Part shown: positions 51,437-63,705 of the stretch, piece by piece | How the letters are laid out: each line of letters opens with the position of its first letter | Position numbering within the stretch: the first letter of the stretch is position 1 | Source of the DNA: Squalus acanthias | Taxonomy: Eukaryota | Assembly (NCBI GenBank): GCA_030390025.1 | Contig: CM059432.1 | Location: 56,608,001-56,672,000, forward strand | Direction: 5' to 3' | Length of the DNA: 64,000 nt | Translations under genes and position numbers: made by a program | Notes under the pieces: model-generated | What the model was told of the DNA's origin: nothing | Database searches by the model: none | What the model saw: the letters and a program-made list of their open reading frames with translations, nothing else

Positions 51437-54400
51437 CAATTTATGGGGATTTATAAGGAGCTGCCAATCTAGACATAATTTCCTCAGTAATAGCAATTTT
51501 TTATTCACTCCAGTATGTGCGTGTTTACAGCAATTGGATTTTGTGACCTTAAATGGACAAGCCGCATGAAACATCTTTGCAGGAGATCGTTTTCCTTCAG
51601 GTAGTTCTTTTATGCCCATGAGGAAACTGCTAATGAGGCATCAAATCGCCACATTTTATGTTATAATGCATTGTGCATTACCTGGTATAAGTCATGTCTT
51701 TAGTCTTTTTAAAAAAAAACACACACTTTTGATTGAGCGGGTTAGAAATTTATTATACTGTATTTGTTTTATGACTGTATATTGCAGTAAATGCTGTCTG
51801 AATACATTGTTCATGAGAGTGTCCAAAACATTTGTTACAAACAATTAATTTGTGGTTTATATTGTTGTTTATTCCATTTCATCGAATCATATACTTTACA
51901 TTACGTAAAATTCAAGATGCTCATCTTTATCCAAGTCACTTTAGATTCATGTTTTCCTTTGGCATCATCCACGTGGAATATGTTAAATTTAGAATCAGTG
52001 AAATTCTATTGAGAAATGATGTGAAGACATGGAGCTGAGTTTGAAACGCACCTGGTCATGTTTTGGGGTTTTTACATTGGAACAGTTACATAAGTGCAGC
52101 TTGTGTCCCTAGAATCAAAAGGGTGCCTTTACGTATCCAATATTTAGGTAAATGAGGTGAACCCAGAACCCATATAACCCTTGTCACTGTACTTGTACCA
52201 CCAGGTTATCTCTTTGATTTCAATAGGTGAAAGAATAAGCACTGTTGGACTATGCTTAGGCGATATACTACTAATTGGATATATTGAATGTTAAACAAAT
52301 AAATGGACAGGATTAAATGCAAACTCAACTATTGAAAACAATAAAAATGCTTCTCTTGGACTAACACTTAACACTCGAAACAAGGACTCTTGCATTTCAC
52401 TTGCCCTATCGCTATTGGCTTTGGAATGAAATTTGAGTTGGTACAATATAGTCCAAGATGTACAAATAGTACAAATGTAAATATGTGAAAATAAATGCTG
52501 GAACAACCATGATTTTCTTTTGCTTTAATGGGAATAGGTAGATTCAACCTGTCACAAACAAATGTTTCAAGGTTTGATCCTGTGCATCATACTGAAAATG
52601 TGCAGGCGTTTTCTGTGATTCTTTAATATGCATGCATACTGTTACCAACCCACAGTTTTTATGCCAGTCCCTTACTTCAAGTGATTAATCCATTCTTTGA
52701 ACTGCAAAAATTTACATATATGTTACTTATGGTTCTCGGGTGAAATTTAGTTTGCAGAACTACTTAATTCATCCTAACCCTTAACTAGTGCTGCTTTAGA
52801 TTTGTCTCAGAAGGGGTTTGGCTTAAGCACAAACCAGATGTTTTTGCATTCCTGCTGCATGATTTTTAATAAGGCTTTGGTTCCTTCTCGGCATGCAAGG
52901 TTTCTACGTTTTACCATCCTTTTTGCTGAGCAGGGAATTGTCCTGCTTGCATTGATTTCTGGTAGCAGAACCATAACTTACGCCTTGTTTCGGTTGTCAC
53001 ATTCTTTGATAAAAAAAAAAGCTGGAATTCATCATTTGAAAAAGAAATGAATGAGTCAGAATTTGACCTCGAATTAACTAACCCTTACATCATAGTTACT
53101 GATTGCTCAACTCTCTGCCAGACAGATGATCATTTTGCCCTTCTATGTGTTTATGACTAGATTCTGGTTACTGTAGCTGTGAACAAGAACATGTCCTACT
53201 CCCTGGATTACTCATGTCCTCAGTGGTTGTGCTTTTGAAAATAAAAGATAGATGAGAATTGTAGTTTTTATATTTATTGAAAGGCAGTGCCATATCAAGG
53301 AGTTCAAATAAACTAAGTTTGAGCAGTATACAGTTGTCTTTTGAATCCTGGAATGTATTTTTGCCTTGATGTACAATTGTAGATGTTAAATATTTAGTGT
53401 AAGTATTGGAATTAACTGAGTGAAATGGTACCTTTTTGTGTGTGAAGTTAAGTCATAAGTATACCACATGGTTTGAACTAAAGTGACTTGAAGATCTGTG
53501 CAATTTGAGGGGAAATAACCATGACTTGTACATGTTTTTAAGTATTGTAGAAAATATGGTAAGTTTTGTTCAACATTCAGTTTGAAACCCAAGCCTAGTT
53601 GCTGAGACCAGACCAGAACTTAGATGGCAAAAAATATACAATAATAAGGCAAGGGTGACTTTTGAGTACCAAATATAAGTATGAAAATTATACAGAATGT
53701 GCACAAATGATACTGTTTAATCACATAGATAGCCACATTAATGTTCTTTGATAACTTTGCTTCTGTCATTAACTTACTAACTGCTATAAAGAAAGACCAT
53801 GCAGACTTTTTGTAATCTCCAAGTTATCTTCTTGGTTTAGATATCCTTTTCTTTTTTGCTTCAATTCACTTTTACCATTTTGACAGTTTATTTTCAGCGC
53901 ACTACAACCAATGGTGTAGCATTCAAGAGTCCTTAATTTTTTTTTAAATTCCTGTTTGGTCAGAATCATGCTGGAGAGTAAACGGAGCACACTGCTTTTT
54001 ATTTATGGAGGGTAATGTACTGGCTCCAAAAGATGACAAATCACACAAGGTCAAATCAATATGGGTAGCCATCTTCTGATGAAGGTTGTAAGACTCTGTG
54101 GCAGTTACTGTAATGAAGAGATTTAGAAAATGTAATTATCAATAATTCATTTTGTGGCTAAAGCTATCATTATTGGATGAACACTTCCATTGAAATGCCA
54201 ATTCCTTGTCTGCTGTTTTAACGGAACTGTTTACCTATTTAAAATAAGAAGATTGATGCCTGTATTAAAATAGGGACGAGGGGAATGCTATATAAATTTA
54301 TTAAATCATCTGCTAATATCATCAATAGTAATTTCTAGACTCAAAGTCTAGTTTTACAGCAAAAAATAAGTATTCTTTTGATAAAACATTAGCCAACATA

Positions 54401-54659
54401 CGTGATGAATGAAATATCAAAAGCAAAATGTTCTTGGGTGGTGTGACGGAGAGGGGGGTGGGGAGGATGCCCCTGGAACCCCAAGGAGGAGAAAATCCTG
54501 CATTATGATATACAGTGCACCCATTTCCAAAATTGCCACTACACCACTAGAATCATGGTGTTGACTGAGAGAGGGCTGCACAGTGACTGAATGTGAGCTG
54601 TACTCCCGCTGAGAGGGATCTGCACTCGGACTGAGAGAGACAGAGAGAGCAACAGAGCT

Positions 54660-54738
54660 ACCCACCAATAGAGTGCGATTGAGGTGCCCACCAATAGCGG
54701 GAGAGCGCAATTGAGGTGCCCACCAATAGAGGGAGAGT
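54660..54738. repeat. Short tandem repeat of ~3 units (gaggtgcccaccaatag core)
   Basis: cccaccaatag recurs at 54661, 54687 and 54719. Confidence 0.8.
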
Positions 54739-55523
54739 GAGCTGCCCTGAGACTATGAGCGCTACACAGCAACTGAAATACGAGTTGAAATTTGAAGCAA
54801 AATGTAAACGTTCTAATTGCTGACATTTGTGAAACAGTGAGAGAGAGAGGGAAAGAGAAACTGACAGTATCTTCATCATAGTTTTTTTTTTAAAAACCAA
54901 GTGAGTTGACTTTTGAAAGTATACAGAGGGACAATTGGTACTTAGTGGGAAGTGGATGGAGGGTTAAGTGTTAGTGACAATGGGGGAGGGGAGGATACAA
55001 GGTTGAATAGGTATTGGTCGTGGACGTGATGGGGAGGCTACGGAAAGGTAATTGCTGAGGGCCCAATTTTCCTTTCATCCCTACTGGAAAATGCAGTTTG
55101 CAGCCTGGGTCGCTCCTTTCCTCAAGTTCATGGCACACCTTCCACCCAACAGGAAAGGAAAGAAAAAGATAGAGAGAAGTTAAAACCAGAATTGGGTGGG
55201 ATAGAAAAGCAAAGAGATGCAGAGAGAAAAACCACCCTCAATACAAGAGACCGGTAAGTACAAGACCATGTGCTCTGACTTCCATATGCAATGCCACAAG
55301 AGATCCGCTTATTATGAAAGATAAAGATCTAGAGATATATAGATAATATGGATCACCGTTGGAGATGGACTGTTTTAAAACAGCAGCATTATACTACTAT
55401 AATATAGTTAGTTCATCTCCAGTGCATTGCATATGAACAAAGAAGTTAGAACTCTTCCAGTAACTGTATCTGCTCCTTTCCGCTCATTCATTATTTTTGT
55501 GTTGCACTTTCCCTTTGTCTACA

Positions 55524-55947
55524 GTGTCAGCCTTGGCTCAATGGTAGTACTCTCTCCTCTGAGTCAGAAGTTTGTGAGTTCAAGTCCCACTCCAGAGACT
55601 TGAGCACAAAATCTAGGCTGAAATTCCAGTGCACTACTGAGGGAGGCCCCATCTGTCCTCTCAGGTGGAGGTAAAAAGACCCCATGGCACTATTTCGAAG
55701 AAGAGCAGGGGAATTCTCCTGGTATCCTGCCCAATATTTATCTCTCAACCAACACCACTGAAACAGATTATCAGGTCTTTATCACATTGCTGTTTGTGGG
55801 ACCTTGCTGTGCACAATTTGGTTGCCGCGCTTTCTACATTACAACAGTGATTACACTTATTAAAGAAAAAGTTCATTAGATGTAAAGTGCTTTGGGCAGT
55901 CCTGAGGTTGTGAAAGGTGCTATATAATGCAAGCCTTTTTTCCTTTC
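55524..55947 (+). mobile_element. Deu-domain SINE with tRNA-derived Pol III head
   Basis: A box tggctcaatggt, B box gagttcaagtccc, Deu core and L2-type tail. Confidence 0.88.
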
Positions 55948-55949
55948 TT

Positions 55950-56420
55950 ACAACAACAACTTGCATTTATATAGCATCTTTAACGTAGCAAAATGTGCCA
56001 TGGCAATTCACAGGAGTGTTATCAAACAAAATTTGACACCGAGCCACATAAGAAGATATCAGGACAGGTGAACAAAAGCTTGGCTAAAGTGGTAGGTTTT
56101 AAGGAGCGTTTTAAAGGAAGAGAGAGAGGTAGAGAGACAGAGGTTTAGGGAGGGAATTTAGGGCTGAGGCAGCTGAAAGCATGGCCGGCAACGGTGGGGC
56201 GATGAAATTCGGGGAAGCGCAAGAGGCCAGAATTGGAGGAGCGTAGAGATCTCGGACGGTTATAGGGTTGGAGGAGGTTACAGAGATAGGGAGAGCTGAT
56301 GCCATGGACGCATTTGAAAACAAGGATGAGACTTTTAAAATCAAGACTTTGCCGGACTGGCAGCCTATGTAGGTCAGCAAGCACAGGGGTGATGGGAGAA
56401 CGGAACTTGGTGCAAGTTAT
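55950..56420 (-). mobile_element. L2 LINE 3' end
   Basis: LADLHRLPVRQSLDFKSLILVFK...SPYL and a (caa)n tail. Confidence 0.88.
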
Positions 56421-56510
56421 CTATACATCTCGCGCTCGCTCTCTCTCTGGCAGTTGCACACTTTTCTCACTGTGTTATGCACTCATTCTGGGCAACTTTT
56501 TATTGTTAAT

Positions 56511-57254
56511 GGCCCAGAAATTAAACATGGATGGTTCCCGCGGGGGTAAGGATTCCCCGCGATATCGCACTCCGCGCCTACCTTTTTGCTCCGGGCCCAC
56601 ACGAACTTTAGTTTCAAAGCCTCTCCCTGTTGCAACCGTGCAGTGTGTGCGTATCCCAGAGGCGCAATTAGTTCGTGCGAGCTCTGGGATCACGTGATTC
56701 GGTTAGAGCCAATGGCAGCACACCATCTTTCATTCATAGTTTTGACGGCAAGAGCTGTCAAAGCTATGAATACTACAAACCCCCAAAAGAACAGCTAAAC
56801 CTCAATGAAATAAAAAAAAAAGCCATCACATTAATAAAATAAGTATAGTTAAATAAATTAACCACTTTAAACAAAAAATTAAATTTTTTAAAAGTGATAA
56901 AAATAAACTTACCTTTCTTTAAAGTCTCTAAAAAAGATAAACCTGTTGAATTTTTTTTTAAATAACACTTAATTAACTACTTACCTTGTTAAAAGGGGGT
57001 CCTACGCCTGCTTTCTTTATGTGTAAAACCTTCACCACTTATCTGCGCGTTCAAAGCTGAAAAAAAAACTAAGTGCACTGCGTGCGCACAGCCTGTAGCG
57101 CACACGCGGTTCACTTAGGAACCGCCCCCTTTTCAATTCACGAAGTGCCGGTTTCCCGCGCATGCGCAGTGCATGCAGGAAACCGGCAATTCGGGATCTA
57201 ATACGCGAGAGTACACAGTGCGTACTCTCGCGTATTAGGTTTAATTTTCGGGCA
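56511..57254. mobile_element. Harbinger-like MITE, family D
   Basis: AAT TSD at 56508-56510 and 57255-57257. TIR ggcccagaaattaaac / gtttaattttcgggca. Confidence 0.88.
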
Positions 57255-59089
57255 AATGTCTCATTCTTTGACTGCATCTCATGGCTGTTGCACGTGTTTC
57301 TGTACTGATGTACTTACTCTCTATTTCTTGCCTTTTTAAGGAATCAACCTATATTGGATTTGAGGTGAATATAGGGAGAGGCTGTTGGCGAAGTGCTATA
57401 ACATGGATAGTTGAGAAAGTATTTGAGGCTAAGGTTCAGGCCAGGAGGGACATGGGGAGGGGACGATTTGAGATCTTAGGGAGTTGGAAGCACTCAAGAG
57501 GAAACCTGAAGACTGAGAAAATTCAGACGGTTAGGGATGTAGTCGAACTGGTGGGGCTTGGGTGTACAAGATCATCAGTATATTGTAGTGTGATTGGTTT
57601 ATAGGAACAGTGAGGGGTTGACAATAGATTTTGGCAGTACTGATGGGCAATGGAAGCACTGGGGGCAGGGGAACAAAGGAAGCTGAAAGCGGGTGCGAGA
57701 CTGAGCTACAAGCTCTGTCCAAGGTTTGGAAGCAGCCAGAATGTGGAAGAGAGCCAGGAACTAGGCAGGATTACAGTAGAGGTGCCATCTGGAGTATGGC
57801 AATGGCGAGAGGTATCATTTGTTGATTTATTTATATTTTGGTCTCATATCACAGATATAATAATTTTTTTTAGACGTAAACAAAGTAAAAAGCATAAAAA
57901 TAAAAACCAAGAACCATGAATGAATTTCATATCTATCTATTTTATGTTCAGCTATGGAAATGTCAAATGGCATGCAAGGCAGTAATGCATTTATTTTTTT
58001 AATTCGCAGCTAACTTATCAGCTGCAACAGTATCCATTATTTATAACATAATAGTGCTTGCTAAATATTTTATTTATGTTAGCTGCAGCAAATTAACCAA
58101 GAGCATTCAACAAGTATACCATATTTGAAAGTAGGCTTGTTGCATACAACGCACCAATAGAAATAATTTGGAAATGTTAAATGAAAGCAGCTGTTAGTCA
58201 ATTTAATAGTGCAAGGTTATTTCCCGTGAACTATTTTGACTCTTGAAGATGGGTATCCGATTTATTTAATTTGCAACATTTGCCTGGTTCCCTGAAATTA
58301 ATAGATATGGTACTGTACCGTACGTGACGGGACAGTATTGATGACTAAAACTTTGTGTAATTTGTGGAAATATGAATTATGTAAGCTGAGATGTTTGAAG
58401 CATAAATCCCCTCCTTTGTTTTTTCTTCCTTTAAAAGGCTCTAAGAGTTTCTAACTTTTACCAGTTTAATCCAGTTATATTTTCATTGATTTCTCCTCAT
58501 ATCTTCAGTTTATCTGTCTTGCTGTGAATTGTAACTGGGATATTATTTATCTGATCCTTCAAAATTTCAAACTAGCAGAGTTTATTTTTTGGGGCTGTCT
58601 CAGTATGATAGTATTTTTCTTTCAACTGCCTAAATTTCTTTAAACCTTTGGTTGTAACTACGTGTCCTTCTGTCTGTAATTATGCAAACTGACTAAAAAT
58701 GTTCAGTTGTGCTTGTTTTACTTTTAGAAGCTAGTGATTTGTGAAGACCATTCCATATCTATTAGCATGAAGCAATCACAGATATGATCTATTTGTAGTT
58801 CTCATAAATCAAAAAGTGTGAAGTTAAGAATCACGTGTGTAGAAAACTGCTTGCGCTAATGCAGCACTGTTTGAAAGTTTATTTTTTGACACAGTTCAAC
58901 AATGTTGAAGAAAACTATTGAAACAGTAGAACAAATGTTTTCTAAATAGCCACATAATTGTTAAGATTTGTTTGTTTTGGAACTTTTGAAAGATACAATT
59001 TACATGACTAATATATGATTCAATTCTTGTAAACCATCCAAAACCTGGAAAGTCCCAGTGGGTTACTTATAATGCTCTTGTGACACACA

Positions 59090-59890
59090 AGGCTGGATTT
59101 TCTCAATGGAGACGTGCTGGAGGCGGGACTTCTGGTTTCCGGGTTTCAGTCCCGCCCCCAGCGACGGCTGACCAACCCACGCTATTTTCCCTTGATTGGC
59201 CTTGTTACCGGGAAAGCCGGTGACAGATGACGTCAGCGTATGACGCTTCATCTGTCAATTTTTGACAGATGAATTGTCAGCGTTTGACAGCTTTGAGAAG
59301 CTGTCAAACACTGGCAATCTCTGTTCTAAGGTGAGCCCTTGCACACAGGCTCACCAAGACCTCTCTCCTCAGCAGAAAGCAGATGGCTGCTGCATCTGAG
59401 AATGCAGCAGCCATTCTGTCATCTCTGCCGTTGAGATGAGGCACCTCCGTATCCTCAAAGGCTGAAGCCTGCAGAAAGAAACAAAGGTATGAAAACTTTT
59501 TCCAGCACTTTACACTCACTTCTCATACTTACCTGTCCACACTTGCACCCATCATTCACCTCTACAGCTGACATTTTGACCCCTCTCACCCCCGCAGACC
59601 CACTGCTCGCCTCGCTGACCCTGGCGAGGTTCGCAGCCGTTGGGAAGCCCGCAATTGCAGGCGTAAAATGGGGGAAAACCTCAAAACTATCTGTTAACAG
59701 GCAATTAATTGGCTCTAATCCCCTTCCCGCCTCGAGGAGATGAGTCCCTGCCCAACTCGGGGACCCGCCTCCCGAGAAGATGGCACGGAGGCGGGTTGGG
59801 GAAGGGGTCGGTACCCGCTCTCAGTGTCTGCCATTTTCCCGGCAATCCCGCCTCCATACCCGCCTCCCCAGGGCTGGGAAAATTCCCCCC
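59090..59890. mobile_element. Harbinger-like MITE, family C (inverted relative to 20258-21053)
   Basis: ACA on both flanks and reverse-complement homology along its length. Confidence 0.8.
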
Positions 59891-61725
59891 ACAGTGTTGG
59901 GACATTTGTTTATGCCCCTGAGTTGCCATGTGGTGAGTTACCTATTTCAGCTGTGCAGTTGTGACGAGCGGAATGTAGGCCTGATGCTTCCCGTAGGAGG
60001 GGAGGAAAATCAGACGGACAACTTTGTGCGCACTCTTGTGGTTTGAGATAGAATGGCATGAACAGAAGCCTTCGAGCCGGTTATCGCAGTTCAGGTTGTG
60101 GGAGATCTTGGTAAAGGAGAAGCAGAAAATAACCAAAATAATGTGTCACATTATGCATTAAATGTACATGTTGTTGTTGTTTGCTTCTGAGCAGTAGCAT
60201 GGCTATGACAAAAATGTAGCTTCTTTATACTTTGTTACCTTAAAAATAAATTCTTTTGAGATAGATTTCACCCTCTCAATGGCTTCTGCAACTGCATGCT
60301 GGGAGAATTGCTTTTCTTTTGGCTCTGCATGAAATCTGTAAGGAAAAGGACAGTCAAGTCAATATAGTTGATTACTCACTGACTTGTGCATCTGGATGAA
60401 CAGTCGCCAAGCACATCTTGAAACAATTAGCATGTCTCACAGGGCTATTAATCAATGACATAATCTAATCGGGATAGTCCTAACACAGATAACACTTGTC
60501 AAACATCAGAAGAGGTCATTGATATGATTTATGAATGTGTTAGGGAATTTGCTGTTCATGCTTTGAGTCCAGTACCTCTGTCTCTCACACTGACTTCTTA
60601 AAGGTGAAACTGTATTTCGAAGGGCTTTTTGAAATAAGAATGTAACACTTTCGATGTACCAGTTATTTACGGCTTTGGCCTAGCTGAATTGACAAGATGC
60701 AGCTCTATAGATACGACAATTATGTAATTTCAAGAACGATTGTAATCAGTATGGATCAAGTGGCTGTTCCCCCTGCCGAGAAGCATTTGCCCATCTTTTT
60801 AGAAAGATCTACGAAGAAAGCCAATCAAAAGAACTCAACTACCATATTTGTCTTTTTCACCCTTTCTTAAACTGGTTCAAAGCAGCATTGTTATTTGCAT
60901 TAACTTGATCAACTTGCTATTGTTATTTGCTTCTGTAAATGCCTGTCTGAGTAAATCTATTTGTCAGCTTATTCTGTTTTATAAATGTCATGAGTGATAT
61001 TAATTATGTTCTGAAGTCACGTGGGCGCTTATGGAAATCGTACATGAAAATCAGAGCTAATAAACTGGTCTATTGTCTGCCCAGGGCATACTAGTCCAGA
61101 TAACTTGTGCACAAGATCTCATCAGTTCATAGGCATTACAGGCTTGCCTATGAGTGCTGGGTTTTGTGCTGGGCATGAGAAAGTATCTAGAGAAGCCTGA
61201 ATAGTAACACAGGCATTCGTCAACCAAAGGTAGGCGGCCAAGCAAGTGATGTGCATGTAGTGCTGCACTTGAGTTGAATACTTGCATTTATATACAAGTA
61301 ACCTGGTGTTAGTTGCTGACCAGGCTTCCACCCATGTGGGAAAGGGCCTTATTTTCAATCATGTGCCTTCTCCTGTGGTGTCACTTAAATCAAGATCTCA
61401 CTGTGTGGTGAGTCAAGGTGGTGTACCTAAGTCCTGCCACTCTATGGTATGGAAATACAAATGAAACCTGTGAACTGCACCACTGTGCATGTAGGACACA
61501 AATTCCTTTTATATATAGGATCAAAAAGGGACTGTGTGATTGGGTATTTTGACTCTAAAACGGAATTTCTATATTCCAGATTATACTGTTACTTATAAGG
61601 ACAAATTAAATTACATGCATCTTGAAACATCGCTCTGTATTTTGGTAGTCACTTTACTTCTGGTCTGTTTAAAAATTCTTTTATTTTGATTGTGCTGTTA
61701 AATGTGTTGAATTCTGTTCCAACAG

Positions 61726-61836
61726 CACCCGGCAATGCCACCTTCTCTTAGATATCTTCAACTCAACAGAGCATGAACTGACCATTAGTGCAAAGAATAA
61801 TGAGGATTTAATTCTGCATGCCGGAGAGTGTCAGAG
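61726..61836 (+). CDS. TRAPPC9: TRAPPC9 next coding exon, 111 nt, phase 2 to phase 2 (absent from the ORF track)
   Basis: Acceptor ttctgttccaacag| and donor ag|gtaggt. AG+C completes Ser, then [36 protein letters not shown](R), continuing the TRAPPC9 sequence in frame. Confidence 0.96.
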
Positions 61837-62375
61837 GTAGGTGACTGAGAGCAAGACCGACTAATTATAAACAGTAATCTGTCAGAAATAGTTACTGACA
61901 TTTAGTCTATTCAAAAAATTTCTGCTGTGATTTTTCTAGAAATTAAATTTACAAAATATTGGTTTTGATATTTTGTTGTATTCAGTGAATGTTTGCTTCA
62001 GTAACCATTCAGGATTTTGTATGGAATGTGTATTCTGTGTGCCCTGATTACAATCATAGTAAATGTGATTCCAATAGCAGTGCAAAAAGAATAACTGTTT
62101 CTCTGGCCCTCATTGAAACATATCAGAGAGTAGTCCATTAAGCTGTTGATTATGAGCAGATATAACATTTGAGAAAAACAATGACCAAATGCTAGAAGCA
62201 CTTACCGTGCATCACTGAGCAATTCATTTAGATCGCAATCTATTCAGGGCAAAAATAGAAAAATGCTGGAAACACTCATTAGGTCAGACAGTATCTGTAT
62301 AAAAAGGAAAAATGTTCAAGTTTCAGGTGAGAAGTTGCACAACACCAGGTTATAGTCCAACAGCTTTATTTGAAA

Positions 62376-62412
62376 TCACAAGCTTTCGGAGTGCTGCTCC
62401 TTCGTCAGGTGA
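62376..62412 (-). ncRNA. Minimal hammerhead ribozyme motif (mirror copy, one stem II mismatch)
   Basis: UCAC-CUGACGA-A-GGAG-cagca-CUCC-GAAA-GC-UU-GUGA. Confidence 0.78.
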
Positions 62413-62599
62413 AGTGAAGAAATACATATGGGCACAGCATATATAGTCAGAGAATACTGCCAGACGACTACAGTTAATCTTTCTAACTGCCCTTTATCAC
62501 TCTGCCGAGGTGTGATAAAGGGCAGTTAGAAAGATTAACTGTAGTCGTCTGGTAGTATTCTCTGACTATATATGCTGTGCCCATATGTATTTCTTCACT

Positions 62600-62636
62600 T
62601 CACCTGACGAAGGAGCAGCGCTCCGAAAACTTGTGA
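62600..62636 (+). ncRNA. Minimal hammerhead ribozyme motif (CUGACGA core, AGCU palindrome mutated to AACU)
   Basis: UCAC-CUGACGA-A-GGAGC-agc-GCUCC-GAAA-AC-UU-GUGA. Confidence 0.78.
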
Positions 62637-63484
62637 TTTCAAATAAAGCTGTTGGACTATAACCTGGTGTTGTGCAACTTCTCACTTTTGTCCACCCCAG
62701 TCCAACACCGGCATCTCCGCATCAAGTTTCAGGTGTGTAACTTCATCAGAATATTCACAGCAACTTTGGTTTAAACAGTCTTCGTTGACTCTCCCCCAGG
62801 TGGTCTTTGACAGGTCTTTGTATACGTGTTAATGAGGCTGGCTGTCTAGTTAAGAGTAATTGACTTCTCAATAGCAAGACTGTATATAAAAAAAAGCGAG
62901 GATATTAAGGTTTGGACATTAATGATAATCTAGTTAGTTTGACCTAGTTGCAACTGATGTGGAGGCAACATGCAACACCATAGACAGGAACACTTGCGTA
63001 ATTTCGATTATGACCACAGATGGTAGAGATTTGAATGTTACTAATCTACCAATAAGAGTTTGCTTTCTACTAATGAAAAGAAAGTAATTCAAAGGAACTT
63101 AACCAATTGGTTTGCCTGCTTAATTTTTGAACAGATTCAAAACTGCAGTATTATTTGAGCTGACTTCAAAAAATGGTTATATTTCAATTCTACTGTAAAA
63201 CACTATATTAATAAATTTGTTTAATAATTTAGTCTAGTCCAACCTTGCTTTGCAAGATTGATTGTCATCTTCTAAAGCAATGTGAGTATGTATTGGCAAT
63301 CCTACATATAAATCCAGAGACGATAAATAAATCTATTGTTTGCCCAGGGCACGTTATACCAGATTAATTTGCATACTAGGTCACGCTTTGGTTCTTAGGG
63401 AGTCAGAGTGCTTGCCTATGGGAGCTGGTTTTTGTATTGAGCATGAGAAAAGCATGTTAAGAGTTTGAATCAGAACTTTGCATA

Positions 63485-63705
63485 TCTTCTTCTTTGGCAG
63501 TCCCTCGGAACCGAGGATGACTTGCTTCCACACTAAGAATGAGTTCTCAGGTGACTAATGAGTCCAATGCGGGACCTACAGTCTCTATCACAGGAGGGGC
63601 AGATGGTGGTTGATGGGGCGGGTGGGTGGGGTGCTTGGGTTGACGTGCGCTCCTTCCGCTGTTTGCGCTTGGCTTCCACTTGCTCCCGGCGAAGAGACTC
63701 GAGGG
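63485..63705 (-). mobile_element. RTE-clade LINE 3' end
   Basis: CPSCDRDCRSRIGLISHLRTH C-terminal zinc motif and a (gaa)n-like tail. Confidence 0.85.

Larger units (their letters stand above)
62327..62721. mobile_element. Penelope-like element remnant: inverted pLTR pair plus tail
   Basis: 174-bp arms at 62327-62500 and 62512-62685 (about 3 mismatches), 11-nt loop, tail from 62686. TSD tcaagtttcaggtg at 62316-62329 and 62722-62735. Confidence 0.9.
62251..62751 (-). mobile_element. Old Penelope-like pLTR fragment (2946-type), split by a younger insertion
   Basis: aaaatgctggaaacactc...ggtcagacagtatctgt. The rejoined minus strand reads uucugaugaaguuacacaccugaaacuugaac. Confidence 0.65.

Noticed and set aside
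54660..54738. CRISPR-like repeat-spacer array
   Set aside because: Only ~3 units with short, related spacers, in a vertebrate context with no cas genes.
55524..55600. tRNA gene
   Set aside because: The A/B boxes are the head of a Deu-SINE and continue into the SINE body. No proper cloverleaf was seen.
59945..60120. Possible extra exon after ctatttcag
   Set aside because: No recognisable protein similarity, and the two TRAPPC9 exons already join contiguously.
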